A stretch of 44,781 bases of DNA from an uncultured Algimonas sp. (GTDB lineage Bacteria; Pseudomonadota; Alphaproteobacteria; Caulobacterales; Maricaulaceae), in the NCBI GenBank assembly GCA_964460585.1, contig CAYWSI010000001.1:1-44781 (forward strand), written 5' to 3'. Shown here in pieces: positions 8,253 through 16,201 of this stretch (the stretch's first letter is position 1; the number at the start of each line of letters is the position of its first letter). The notes under the pieces are model-generated. The model worked only from the letters and a program-made list of their open reading frames with translations, was not told where the DNA came from and made no database searches. A program made the translations under genes and the position numbers.

Positions 8253-9134
8253 CTAAGCCAGCGCCCGTTCAAACAAAGCCAATTTCCGTTCCCACGCTTT
8301 ATTGGCGGCGGCTTCGTCATAGACGGCGCTATCGGGTGGGCACCAGCCATGTTGCGTGCCGGCGTAGACTTCTATCTCGGCTTTATTTGGAGTGGCTGCA
8401 AAGGCGTCGCGCAGAATGTCTTTTGTCTCTGGCGAACGCGCATCATCATTCTCCGCCACGGCGATGAGGTAATCTGCCGTCATGGTTGGAATGAGGAGGT
8501 GCGGGCTATCCGGTCTATCTGTCGCGAGGCGTCCGCCATGAAAGCTTGCGCCTGCGCCAATTCTATCTGGCACCGTGGCGGCCGTAATCATTGTCATCGG
8601 CCCGCCCATGCAATAGCCCGTTGTGCCGATTTGGCGGGAGGTGTCGACGGCGTCTTGCTTGTCGAGCCATGCCACAAAGGCTTTCGCATCTGTGCGGTTC
8701 GTGTCTTGGGATAAGGCACGGGCGAAGGGGATAATTTTTTCACGCACGCCCGGGTCGCGGAAACTTTGTCCGACCTCGACAAGCGGGGCTTTGACTTGGC
8801 GGTAATAGGGATTGATGACAAGCGCGGCATAACCATCGCCGGCCAGACGCTTCGCCATCATTTTAAAGGCAGGGCGCAGGCCAACAATATCGGGCCAAAT
8901 AAGAACGGCGGCATGAGCGCCAGAGGAGGGATGGGCGAAATAAGCATCGGCAGTTCCGTCAGGCGTCTCTATCATCACGTCATTTTCGGTGATGCCAGCT
9001 GCGGCTTCGCCCGGCGCGCAGCCCGCAAAGGCAAGAGAAATCGCTGCGCCGCCCGCCATGAGGTTGAAATCTCGCCGCGTGAGTTTCTTCTCATAAAAGC
9101 CTTGGTTTTCAAGTTCCGTAATATCGTCGCACAT
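8253..9134 (-). CDS. Dienelactone hydrolase family, Tat-exported lipoprotein
   Basis: GYCMGG nucleophile elbow, SFHGG, HGW; Tat motif TRRDF and lipobox FAGC; SD GGAGAG. Confidence 0.9.
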   Translation of the reverse strand: MCDDITELENQGFYEKKLTRRDFNLMAGGAAISLAFAGCAPGEAAAGITENDVMIETPDGTADAYFAHPSSGAHAAVLIWPDIVGLRPAFKMMAKRLAGDGYAALVINPYYRQVKAPLVEVGQSFRDPGVREKIIPFARALSQDTNRTDAKAFVAWLDKQDAVDTSRQIGTTGYCMGGPMTMITAATVPDRIGAGASFHGGRLATDRPDSPHLLIPTMTADYLIAVAENDDARSPETKDILRDAFAATPNKAEIEVYAGTQHGWCPPDSAVYDEAAANKAWERKLALFERALA

Positions 9135-9146
9135 ATCTCTCTCCTA

Positions 9147-9315
9147 GTTGTGGCTTCATAGGTTGTGGCTTTTCGCGAAGCGAAAAACGCAACAGGTGAA
9201 ACGCAACCTAACTTGAAAAGAGATTAAGCGAAGAAGTTTAGGCGGGCAAGTCCTACGCAATCAATGTGTTGTTATGAGGTGTGGCTCGTTGTGGTTTCAC
9301 GAAGTGAAACGCAAC
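9147..9315. repeat. REP-like imperfect palindromes, three units, one nested
   Basis: GTTGTGGTTTCAC-GAA-GTGAAACGCAAC (9288-9315); GTTGTGGCTTTTCGC-GAA-GCGAAAAACGCAAC (9162-9193); split unit GTTGTGGCTTCA (9147-9158) ... GTGAAACGCAAC (9196-9207). Confidence 0.8.
9221..9249 (-). promoter_or_regulatory. Candidate sigma70 promoter of the dienelactone hydrolase gene
   Basis: Minus strand TTGCCC-N17-TAATCT. Confidence 0.5.
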
Positions 9316-9320
9316 AATGT

Positions 9321-10964
9321 TTAATGGCCACCGCCAAAAACGCCTGTGCGAACTTTGTAATCCGTCGCGATTTCATATTCTGGATCATCATCTGAATCGA
9401 TCATGAGCTGGCCTGCACGGTTGAGCAATTTGTGGCAATCGCGCGTGAGATGACGCAAGTGAATCGCTTTGCCCGCTTGGGTGTATTTCGCAGCGAGAGC
9501 TTCAATAGCTTGCAGCGCGGATTGGTCGACAACGCGGGAATTTGCGAAATCCACAATCACGGTATCGGGGTCATTTTTAGGATCGAACAGCTCATTAAAG
9601 CCTTCGATGGAGCCGAAGAATAAAGGGCCTTCGAGTTTGTAGATTTTTGTGTCGCCATCCGTTTCTGTATTGGCGTCAATGCGCCGCGCCGCATTCCAGG
9701 CATAGGCTAGAGCCGAAACAATAACTCCAACGACAACAGCAACCGCAAGATCGTGATAAACCGTCACAACGGTAACGAGAATAATCACCAACGCATCTAT
9801 CAAGGGGATGCGCCGCATGATGGTCAGGGACTGCCAAGCAAATGTTCCGATGACGACCATAAACATGACGCCGACAAGAGCTGCGAGCGGGATGAGGCCG
9901 ATGACCTTAGAGCCAAAGAGGATAAAGGCGAGCAGGAAGAGCGCTGCGCTAATACCTGACAGTCGTGTACGGCCGCCTGATTTTACATTGATCATCGACT
10001 GCCCAATCATGGCGCAGCCGCCCATGCCACCAAAGAAACCTGTCACAGTATTGGCGACGCCTTGCGCCACGCATTCTTGCGATGCGCCGCCGCGTTCTTC
10101 TTTAATCTCGCCGACGAGGTTGAGCGTCAAAAGACTCTCAATCAACCCAATCGCGGCTAAGATTAGGGCGTAAGGGAAAATAATTTTCAGGGTCTCAAGA
10201 TTGAATTCTACGAGCGGGATATGGAATTTCGGCAAACCGCCTTCGATGTCGGCTAAGGTGCTAACCGTTGGAACATCAATTTTTAGCGCAATGACAAGTC
10301 CTGTGACTAAGCCAATCCCGACGAGCGGCGCGGGAAGCGCTTTCGTAATTTTGGGTGTTGCCCAGATTAAGAACATCGTGAGAGCGACTAAGCCTAGCAT
10401 CATCATGAGGGGTGTGCCCGTCAGCCATGTGCCTTCTAAGATATGAAAGGGTCCGTAATGATGTCCCGCAATGCGTTCTGGCGGGGCAGATTGGAATTGG
10501 CTGAGCTGCGCCATGCCAATCACAATGGCGAGGCCATTGACGAAGCCGAGCATGACAGGATGGGGGACAAGGCGAATAAATTTGCCGAGCCTGAAGACGC
10601 CTGCTGCGATTTGCAGGAGGCCCATCAAAACAACAGTGGCGAAGAGATATTCCACGCCGTGATCGGCAACCAGCGCGACCATGACAACGGCGAGGGCGCC
10701 TGTCGCGCCAGAAATCATGCCCGGACGACCGCCGATGAGGGCCGTGATGAGGCCAACAATAAAGGCGGCATAAAGCCCGACAAGCGGCTCCACGCCCGCG
10801 ACAAAGGCAAAGGCAACGGCTTCAGGGACCAAAGCCAGCGCAACGGTCAATCCTGCGAGTAGCTCGACCTTGACGCGGTTGGGCGTGAAGGTCAGCGGGC
10901 CAGAACGTTTGCGCGCTGGAATGGAAATGGAATCGGCAAAGGCCGCGAGCGTTGAACGGATCAT
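9321..10964 (-). CDS. SulP family anion transporter with STAS domain
   Basis: LAGLTVALALVPEAVAF, GGRPGMISGATG, GGMGGCAMIGQS, GPLFFGS, D.SA motifs. Confidence 0.95.
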   Translation of the reverse strand: MIRSTLAAFADSISIPARKRSGPLTFTPNRVKVELLAGLTVALALVPEAVAFAFVAGVEPLVGLYAAFIVGLITALIGGRPGMISGATGALAVVMVALVADHGVEYLFATVVLMGLLQIAAGVFRLGKFIRLVPHPVMLGFVNGLAIVIGMAQLSQFQSAPPERIAGHHYGPFHILEGTWLTGTPLMMMLGLVALTMFLIWATPKITKALPAPLVGIGLVTGLVIALKIDVPTVSTLADIEGGLPKFHIPLVEFNLETLKIIFPYALILAAIGLIESLLTLNLVGEIKEERGGASQECVAQGVANTVTGFFGGMGGCAMIGQSMINVKSGGRTRLSGISAALFLLAFILFGSKVIGLIPLAALVGVMFMVVIGTFAWQSLTIMRRIPLIDALVIILVTVVTVYHDLAVAVVVGVIVSALAYAWNAARRIDANTETDGDTKIYKLEGPLFFGSIEGFNELFDPKNDPDTVIVDFANSRVVDQSALQAIEALAAKYTQAGKAIHLRHLTRDCHKLLNRAGQLMIDSDDDPEYEIATDYKVRTGVFGGGH

Positions 10965-10992
10965 GAAATTTTACCAGTCAGAGGTTTGCCGC

Positions 10993-11021
10993 GCCATAAG
11001 CGGGCTGGCCCTTTAGAGCAA
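10993..11021 (-). promoter_or_regulatory. Candidate sigma70 promoter of the SulP gene
   Basis: Minus strand TTGCTC-N17-TATGGC. Confidence 0.4.
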
Positions 11022-11036
11022 GTCTTTCGCACTGTT

Positions 11037-11726
11037 TTAGCCGTCTATACGGAGCGAATAGCCTGCGGAACGAACGGTTCTTATCGGGTCTGATCGGTCT
11101 CCCACTTTGAGGGCTTTGCGCAGCCGGCCAATATGCACATCCACGGTTCGAGCTTCAACATAGACGTCATGCCCCCAAACCGCATCGAGGAGCTGCTCTC
11201 TGGAAAAGACTTGGCCGGGCCGCCGCATGAAATGTTCGAGGAGGCGAAACTCGGTAGGTCCAAGGTGAATTTCTTGGTTCGCTCGCAAGACTCGATGGGC
11301 CTTGGTGTCGAGTTCTAAATCTCCAATTTTAATACCGCAGGATAAGACATTTGCCTCTGTTCGGCGCAATAAGGCGCGAATACGGGCAAAGAGCTCGGGC
11401 ATTGAAAAGGGTTTAACGAGATAATCATCTGCGCCGACATCTAGCCCTGTGACCCGATCATCTTCTTCTCCGCGCGCAGATAGCATGATGATAGGAACGG
11501 AGGCGGTTTCTTCGCGGCGTCGTAGTCGCCTACACACTTCGACACCGGAGAGTTTCGGTATCATCCAATCCAATAATATTAAATCGGGAATGCGCTCTTT
11601 GCTCATCAAAAGGGCTAAATCACCATCTTCCGCGAGAGCGGTCTCAAACCCCTCGCGTTGAAGATTATATTCTAAGAGTGTCGAGATAGCTGTCTCGTCT
11701 TCCACGATTAGGACATATGGAGTCAT
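11037..11726 (-). CDS. phoB: Phosphate regulon response regulator
   Basis: LLEYNL..EGF, LLDWM.P.LSG.EVCRRLR, LGPTEFRLL, VYVEARTVDVHIGRLRKAL. Confidence 0.93.
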   Translation of the reverse strand: MTPYVLIVEDETAISTLLEYNLQREGFETALAEDGDLALLMSKERIPDLILLDWMIPKLSGVEVCRRLRRREETASVPIIMLSARGEEDDRVTGLDVGADDYLVKPFSMPELFARIRALLRRTEANVLSCGIKIGDLELDTKAHRVLRANQEIHLGPTEFRLLEHFMRRPGQVFSREQLLDAVWGHDVYVEARTVDVHIGRLRKALKVGDRSDPIRTVRSAGYSLRIDG

Positions 11727-13120
11727 GGAATGCTTATTCCTTGGTCAGTGTTTTTCTGAGGATTAAGTACGGAAAATATAACCGAGAATGAAGTGCCATG
11801 AGATTCATTTTCAGACTCATCTCTGTGAATTGTTTTCACGAATAATCCTGCGCGGTGCCTCATGATAAGATGCTTCACAATGGCGAGGCCAAGGCCGGTG
11901 CCTTTTTCCTGTGCAGGCAGGTCACCTGCGACACGGTAGAAGCGCTCACCAATCCGTGGTAGGTGGGTTTTCTTAAAGCCAGGGCCTTCATCCGATATAA
12001 TGACGCGCCACACAGGATTTTCCGACGGGGCGAGATTTACAATCCGCCTAAACCCAGAGCGGATATCGACAGACTCGGGGAAGGCTTGTCCTGACCAATT
12101 TTGAAGGCGCTCTAATGTGACGCGAAGGGTTGCACCATCTGGAGAGAGTTTAATGCCATTTTCCATAAGATTGAGAAATAGCTGGATACATTCATCCGTT
12201 TTCCCAGAGGTGAGGGCTGTCCCTTCCTCAGGCAAGCGAATGGACAGGGAGACGCCTTTATCTTTGGCAAGTAAGAGAAGGGAATCTTGTGCCGCTTCTA
12301 CGGCTTTGCACAAATCTGCCGTGGCTGATGGCGGCAGATGTTCACGGCTTTCAATACTTCGTAAAGATAGGAGATCTGTGACCAAACGTTCCATGCGTTC
12401 GGATTGTTCCGCCATGATTTTTAAAAACTTCTCGCGCGCTACAGGGTCATCTTTTGCGTGGCCGCGTAATGTTTCAATAATGCCTTTCATGGAGGCGATT
12501 GGCGTTTTTAACTCATGACTTGCATTGGCTAGGAAATCGGCGCGCTGCTCTCTCCCGACGCGTAACTGCGTTCTATCTGCGAGAACTGCGAACACGACCG
12601 AGGTGCGTTTGTCATCTAATTCAATAGAAATGGCCTGTGAGAAATCTACATCTATGTAGCGTTCAGTAGGCTGTAAGATGTGTATAGAAAGTGACGGTGG
12701 TATTTCACCTTCAAAGGCCCGTTTAATATAAGATCTGACATCTGTTGCGCGCAGAAAAGCGCCAATAGGTTTTCCGACCATATCTGGTGAAACCAGTCGA
12801 AGGGCGTCCTCATTCGCGTATAGAACATTGCCATTGCGTTCGAGAATAATAATGGCACGCGGTAAGGCGTCCGCTAGCGTTTCTAGAGCGCGTGTTTGAA
12901 TATCTCTAATGTCTTGAGATGTTGGCTGTTGAGAGGCTCGCGGGGCTCTGAATATTCGGATATATATCCAAAGGGTTAGACAGGTAAAAAATAGGATTGA
13001 AATACTCGTCAGAAAACTCGCCTTTGATAAAATGGCAAGGGAAAGAAACGACAGGCAAAAAATGCTGCCAATAACGAGTCTATCTGTCTCTAATAATAAT
13101 TGTTTTAGAGGCGGCTGCAC
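11723..13120 (-). CDS. phoR: PhoR-type sensor histidine kinase
   Basis: Two N-terminal TMs, PAS-like region, RADFLANASHELKTP, HLPRIGERFYRV, GTGLGLAIVKH; ATGA overlap with phoB. Confidence 0.85.
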   Translation of the reverse strand: MQPPLKQLLLETDRLVIGSIFCLSFLSLAILSKASFLTSISILFFTCLTLWIYIRIFRAPRASQQPTSQDIRDIQTRALETLADALPRAIIILERNGNVLYANEDALRLVSPDMVGKPIGAFLRATDVRSYIKRAFEGEIPPSLSIHILQPTERYIDVDFSQAISIELDDKRTSVVFAVLADRTQLRVGREQRADFLANASHELKTPIASMKGIIETLRGHAKDDPVAREKFLKIMAEQSERMERLVTDLLSLRSIESREHLPPSATADLCKAVEAAQDSLLLLAKDKGVSLSIRLPEEGTALTSGKTDECIQLFLNLMENGIKLSPDGATLRVTLERLQNWSGQAFPESVDIRSGFRRIVNLAPSENPVWRVIISDEGPGFKKTHLPRIGERFYRVAGDLPAQEKGTGLGLAIVKHLIMRHRAGLFVKTIHRDESENESHGTSFSVIFSVLNPQKNTDQGISIP

Positions 13121-13377
13121 AGTGAGATCTAGTGTCCAATCCGTATTTGAATTCTGAATAATGACCTATCTGGTTGGGGCTGCGAAATATAGGCGAATTT
13201 CCACTATGTTGGTGATAATGCCACGTTAGAAGGCCACATGATTATGTGGTTGACTGAAAATTTCAGCCATAAACTCAACAATTCGGCTTAAACGCCTACA
13301 ACCTAAAAATTGGTAATTATTATCGTTTCTCAATAATATTTGATTGACTTTCGCTAATATTCACCTAGTGAGCGCTT

Positions 13378-14844
13378 ATGCAAGTTACACGCATCATAAG
13401 GCCTAAATTTCGAGAGGCGGCTTCCGTTTCTTTAATGACGGTTGTCCTGACGGGCTGCGCTTCGCTTATCTCGAACCCTGAACCTACACGGGTGGAACCG
13501 CCGGCCGCTGCGATCGCTGATGTACCCCCGCCTCAAGATTGGGTTGTGCCGGCGCCTGACGCGCTCCCGACAACCGATTGGGTGCGGGCCTTTCCTGATC
13601 CAATTCTCATTGAGTTTGTGGATGAAGCTTTGCGAGAGAATACGGATATTGGCGTAGCTTATGCGGCCTTAGACGCCTCGATCGCGCTAGAGAAAATTAG
13701 CCGTGCTGACCGCCTTCCGATTATCGGAGCAAATGTAGATATTTCACGCAGTGAATTTGCGAATGAGTTTCTAAATGACAATACGAATATTGGCGTAGGG
13801 TTAAACGCAAGCTGGGAGCCTGATCTTTGGGGTCGGATTGCTGATCGCATAGGCGCTTCAGAACTTGCGTCCGAAGCAGCCGCTAGCGACGTAGCGGGCG
13901 CTCGCCTCTCTATTACCGGGCAGGTCGCGCAAACTTGGTTTGGTCTTATCGAGGCCAAGCTTTTGGTGGACTTATCTGAAAGAGAAATCGAAACCCAAGA
14001 GCGGGCGCTGCGTTTGACACAGCGGCGGTTTCAATCTGGCTTGTCGGGGAGTGAAGACGTAAGATTAGTGCGCTCAAGCGTGGCGCAGGCACAGGCTTTG
14101 CAAGCCTCGCGGCGACAAAATCTCGATCTATTATCCCGTCAGTTGGAAATTCTTTTAACCCGATATCCGGCGAGCGCCCTTGAAGCTTCGTCTGATTTAC
14201 CAGAATTACCTCCGCTGACAGGGGCTGGCGCGCCCAGCTATATTTTGACGCAAAGACCAGATCTTATCGCCGCAGAGCGCCGCCTTGCTGAGCAGGGTTT
14301 TGAAATTGATTTGGCCAAAAAAGCATTGCGGCCAAGCTTATCTTTATCCGGCGCGACCTCCGGCTCTGGGGGCGGGCTTGAGAGTCTTTTCGATATTGAT
14401 GCTTTGGTGGCGAACCTCGCGTCCAATTTGTCGGCCCCTATTTTTCAAGGCGGGCGTTTGCGGGCCAATGTAGAGGTTCAAGAGGCTATTCTTAGGCAGC
14501 AATTACAGTCTTATATTGGTACGGTTTTGCAGGCCTATTTCGATGTTGAAAATGCATTAGACAGCGAGACTCGTCTGGAGGAGACTGAAAGAGCGCTCCG
14601 CGTTGCCGTCGATGAATCTTTGGAGGCCGAAAACCGTCTTGCATTACGCTATACGGAAGGCCTCGCTACGATTTTGCAGCTGCTAGATGCACAAACACGG
14701 CGATTATCCGCGGAAGGTCAGCTGATATCTGCGCGTGCAGAGCGATTACAAAATCGTGTAAGATTACATATCGCATTAGGGGGTGGCGCGTATGGAGACA
14801 TACCGCCAGATGCGTTTCCGGCTTTTCTGAGAGAACGAGGTTAA
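13378..14844 (+). CDS. RND efflux outer-membrane lipoprotein (NodT/OprM type)
   Basis: Lipobox LTGC, ASWEPDLWGR, RPDL.AAE, PIFQGGRL, ALGGG. Confidence 0.93.
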   Translation: MQVTRIIRPKFREAASVSLMTVVLTGCASLISNPEPTRVEPPAAAIADVPPPQDWVVPAPDALPTTDWVRAFPDPILIEFVDEALRENTDIGVAYAALDASIALEKISRADRLPIIGANVDISRSEFANEFLNDNTNIGVGLNASWEPDLWGRIADRIGASELASEAAASDVAGARLSITGQVAQTWFGLIEAKLLVDLSEREIETQERALRLTQRRFQSGLSGSEDVRLVRSSVAQAQALQASRRQNLDLLSRQLEILLTRYPASALEASSDLPELPPLTGAGAPSYILTQRPDLIAAERRLAEQGFEIDLAKKALRPSLSLSGATSGSGGGLESLFDIDALVANLASNLSAPIFQGGRLRANVEVQEAILRQQLQSYIGTVLQAYFDVENALDSETRLEETERALRVAVDESLEAENRLALRYTEGLATILQLLDAQTRRLSAEGQLISARAERLQNRVRLHIALGGGAYGDIPPDAFPAFLRERG

Positions 14845-14849
14845 TTTAG

Positions 14850-16199
14850 ATGACCGCATCATCACCAGATTATTCCATCCCTGAGAAACAAGGTGGGTTT
14901 CTTCGCAAATTACTTGTGGTAGCGGTGCCGATTTTGATTGTCGTCGGTTTTATAGTGGCGACGTCGGCCTATATTGGTGCAAATAAAAAACCCAAAGAAA
15001 AGAAAAGAGCGTTTAATACGCTGGCTGTGATTGCGGATTACGCAAAAACCGAAGACGTCCAACTCTCTGTCAGAACACAGGGTGAAGCCCGTCCACAAAT
15101 TGAAATTGACCTTGTTCCTGAAGTCGGTGGCAAGATTGTCTTTGTCTCGCCGAATTTTATTGAGGGCGGTATATTTAAAAAAGATGAAGTCCTGCTTCGC
15201 ATTGAAGATGCTGATTTCAAAGTGGCGGTCATTCGCGCGGAAGCGGGCGTGGCGCAGGCAGAACAAGTCCTCGTTCGCGAAGAAGCTGAAGGGGCAATCG
15301 CACGTCAAGATTACGCGGAATTGGGACGCGGTGAACCAACCCCGCTGGCTTTGCGTCTGCCGCAACAAGCCCAAGCGCGCGCCTCCCTGCAAGCTGCCAT
15401 GGCTGAATTAGAAGCTGCAAAACTAAATCTGTCACGTACAGAAGTGCGGGCGCCCTTTTCAGGGCGAGTCCGCAATAAGACTTCGGATTTAGGCCAATTT
15501 GTTGCACCTGGTAGCCCCTTGGGGCGGATATTTTCAACAAATGTTGTGGAAGTGCGTTTGCCTCTATCAGACCAGCAATTAGCCAAAATGGATTTGCCAT
15601 TGGCCTATGTGGCCAAAAGCCGCGCAGAGGCACCTAAAGTTGACTTAAGCTGCGTCGTTGCTGGAAAGGTCCATCATTGGGAAGGCCGTATCATGCGGAC
15701 AGATTCGACTTATGATACGGCGTCCCGTGCTTTATTTGCTATTGTCGAAGTGCCTGATCCTTACGGAAAAGGCGCGTCTTCAGAAGGTGTGCCCTTGGCT
15801 CCGGGATTATTTGTGGATGCAAATATAGACGGAAAGTTTTTTGAAAATGTGATTACAATTCCGCGCGATGGTCTGCGGCCGCAAGATGAAGTTTATATTG
15901 TTGATAATGTCGGCCAAGCCGAAATTCGATCAGTGTCAGTGTTGGATGCGACGTCAGAACGCGCCGTTTTGACAAGCGGTGTGGAAGCTGGTGATCTCGT
16001 TGTTTTATCCCCGATGGAGCGCTCTCGTGTCGAAATCACTTTGAAAGTGTTAGATGCAAATAATCCAAACACAGTTTTAGTCGACCCGCCCAAGCCAGAT
16101 TGGCAAAAAGAAGAAGAATCTAAAGAGGAGGGCAGAAAGTCTTCCGGCAAAAAGAAGAAAAAGTCCGACGCTGACAGCAATTCCGCTGAGGAGAATTAA
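14850..16199 (+). CDS. RND efflux periplasmic adaptor (MFP)
   Basis: N-terminal TM, PEVGGKI, LSRTEVRAPFSGRV, LAPGLFV. Confidence 0.93.
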   Translation: MTASSPDYSIPEKQGGFLRKLLVVAVPILIVVGFIVATSAYIGANKKPKEKKRAFNTLAVIADYAKTEDVQLSVRTQGEARPQIEIDLVPEVGGKIVFVSPNFIEGGIFKKDEVLLRIEDADFKVAVIRAEAGVAQAEQVLVREEAEGAIARQDYAELGRGEPTPLALRLPQQAQARASLQAAMAELEAAKLNLSRTEVRAPFSGRVRNKTSDLGQFVAPGSPLGRIFSTNVVEVRLPLSDQQLAKMDLPLAYVAKSRAEAPKVDLSCVVAGKVHHWEGRIMRTDSTYDTASRALFAIVEVPDPYGKGASSEGVPLAPGLFVDANIDGKFFENVITIPRDGLRPQDEVYIVDNVGQAEIRSVSVLDATSERAVLTSGVEAGDLVVLSPMERSRVEITLKVLDANNPNTVLVDPPKPDWQKEEESKEEGRKSSGKKKKKSDADSNSAEEN

Positions 16200-16201
16200 G
16201 C

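Noticed and set aside
9213-9227. TTGA-N7-TTAA CtrA-like box
   Set aside because: One mismatch in AT-rich DNA with no cell-cycle context; could easily be chance.
9147-9315. Repeats as a mini-CRISPR array
   Set aside because: Units are nested and irregular, there are no uniform spacers, and no cas genes are nearby.
13121-13377. PHO boxes upstream of phoR
   Set aside because: No tandem 11-bp CTGTCAT-like repeats found by eye.
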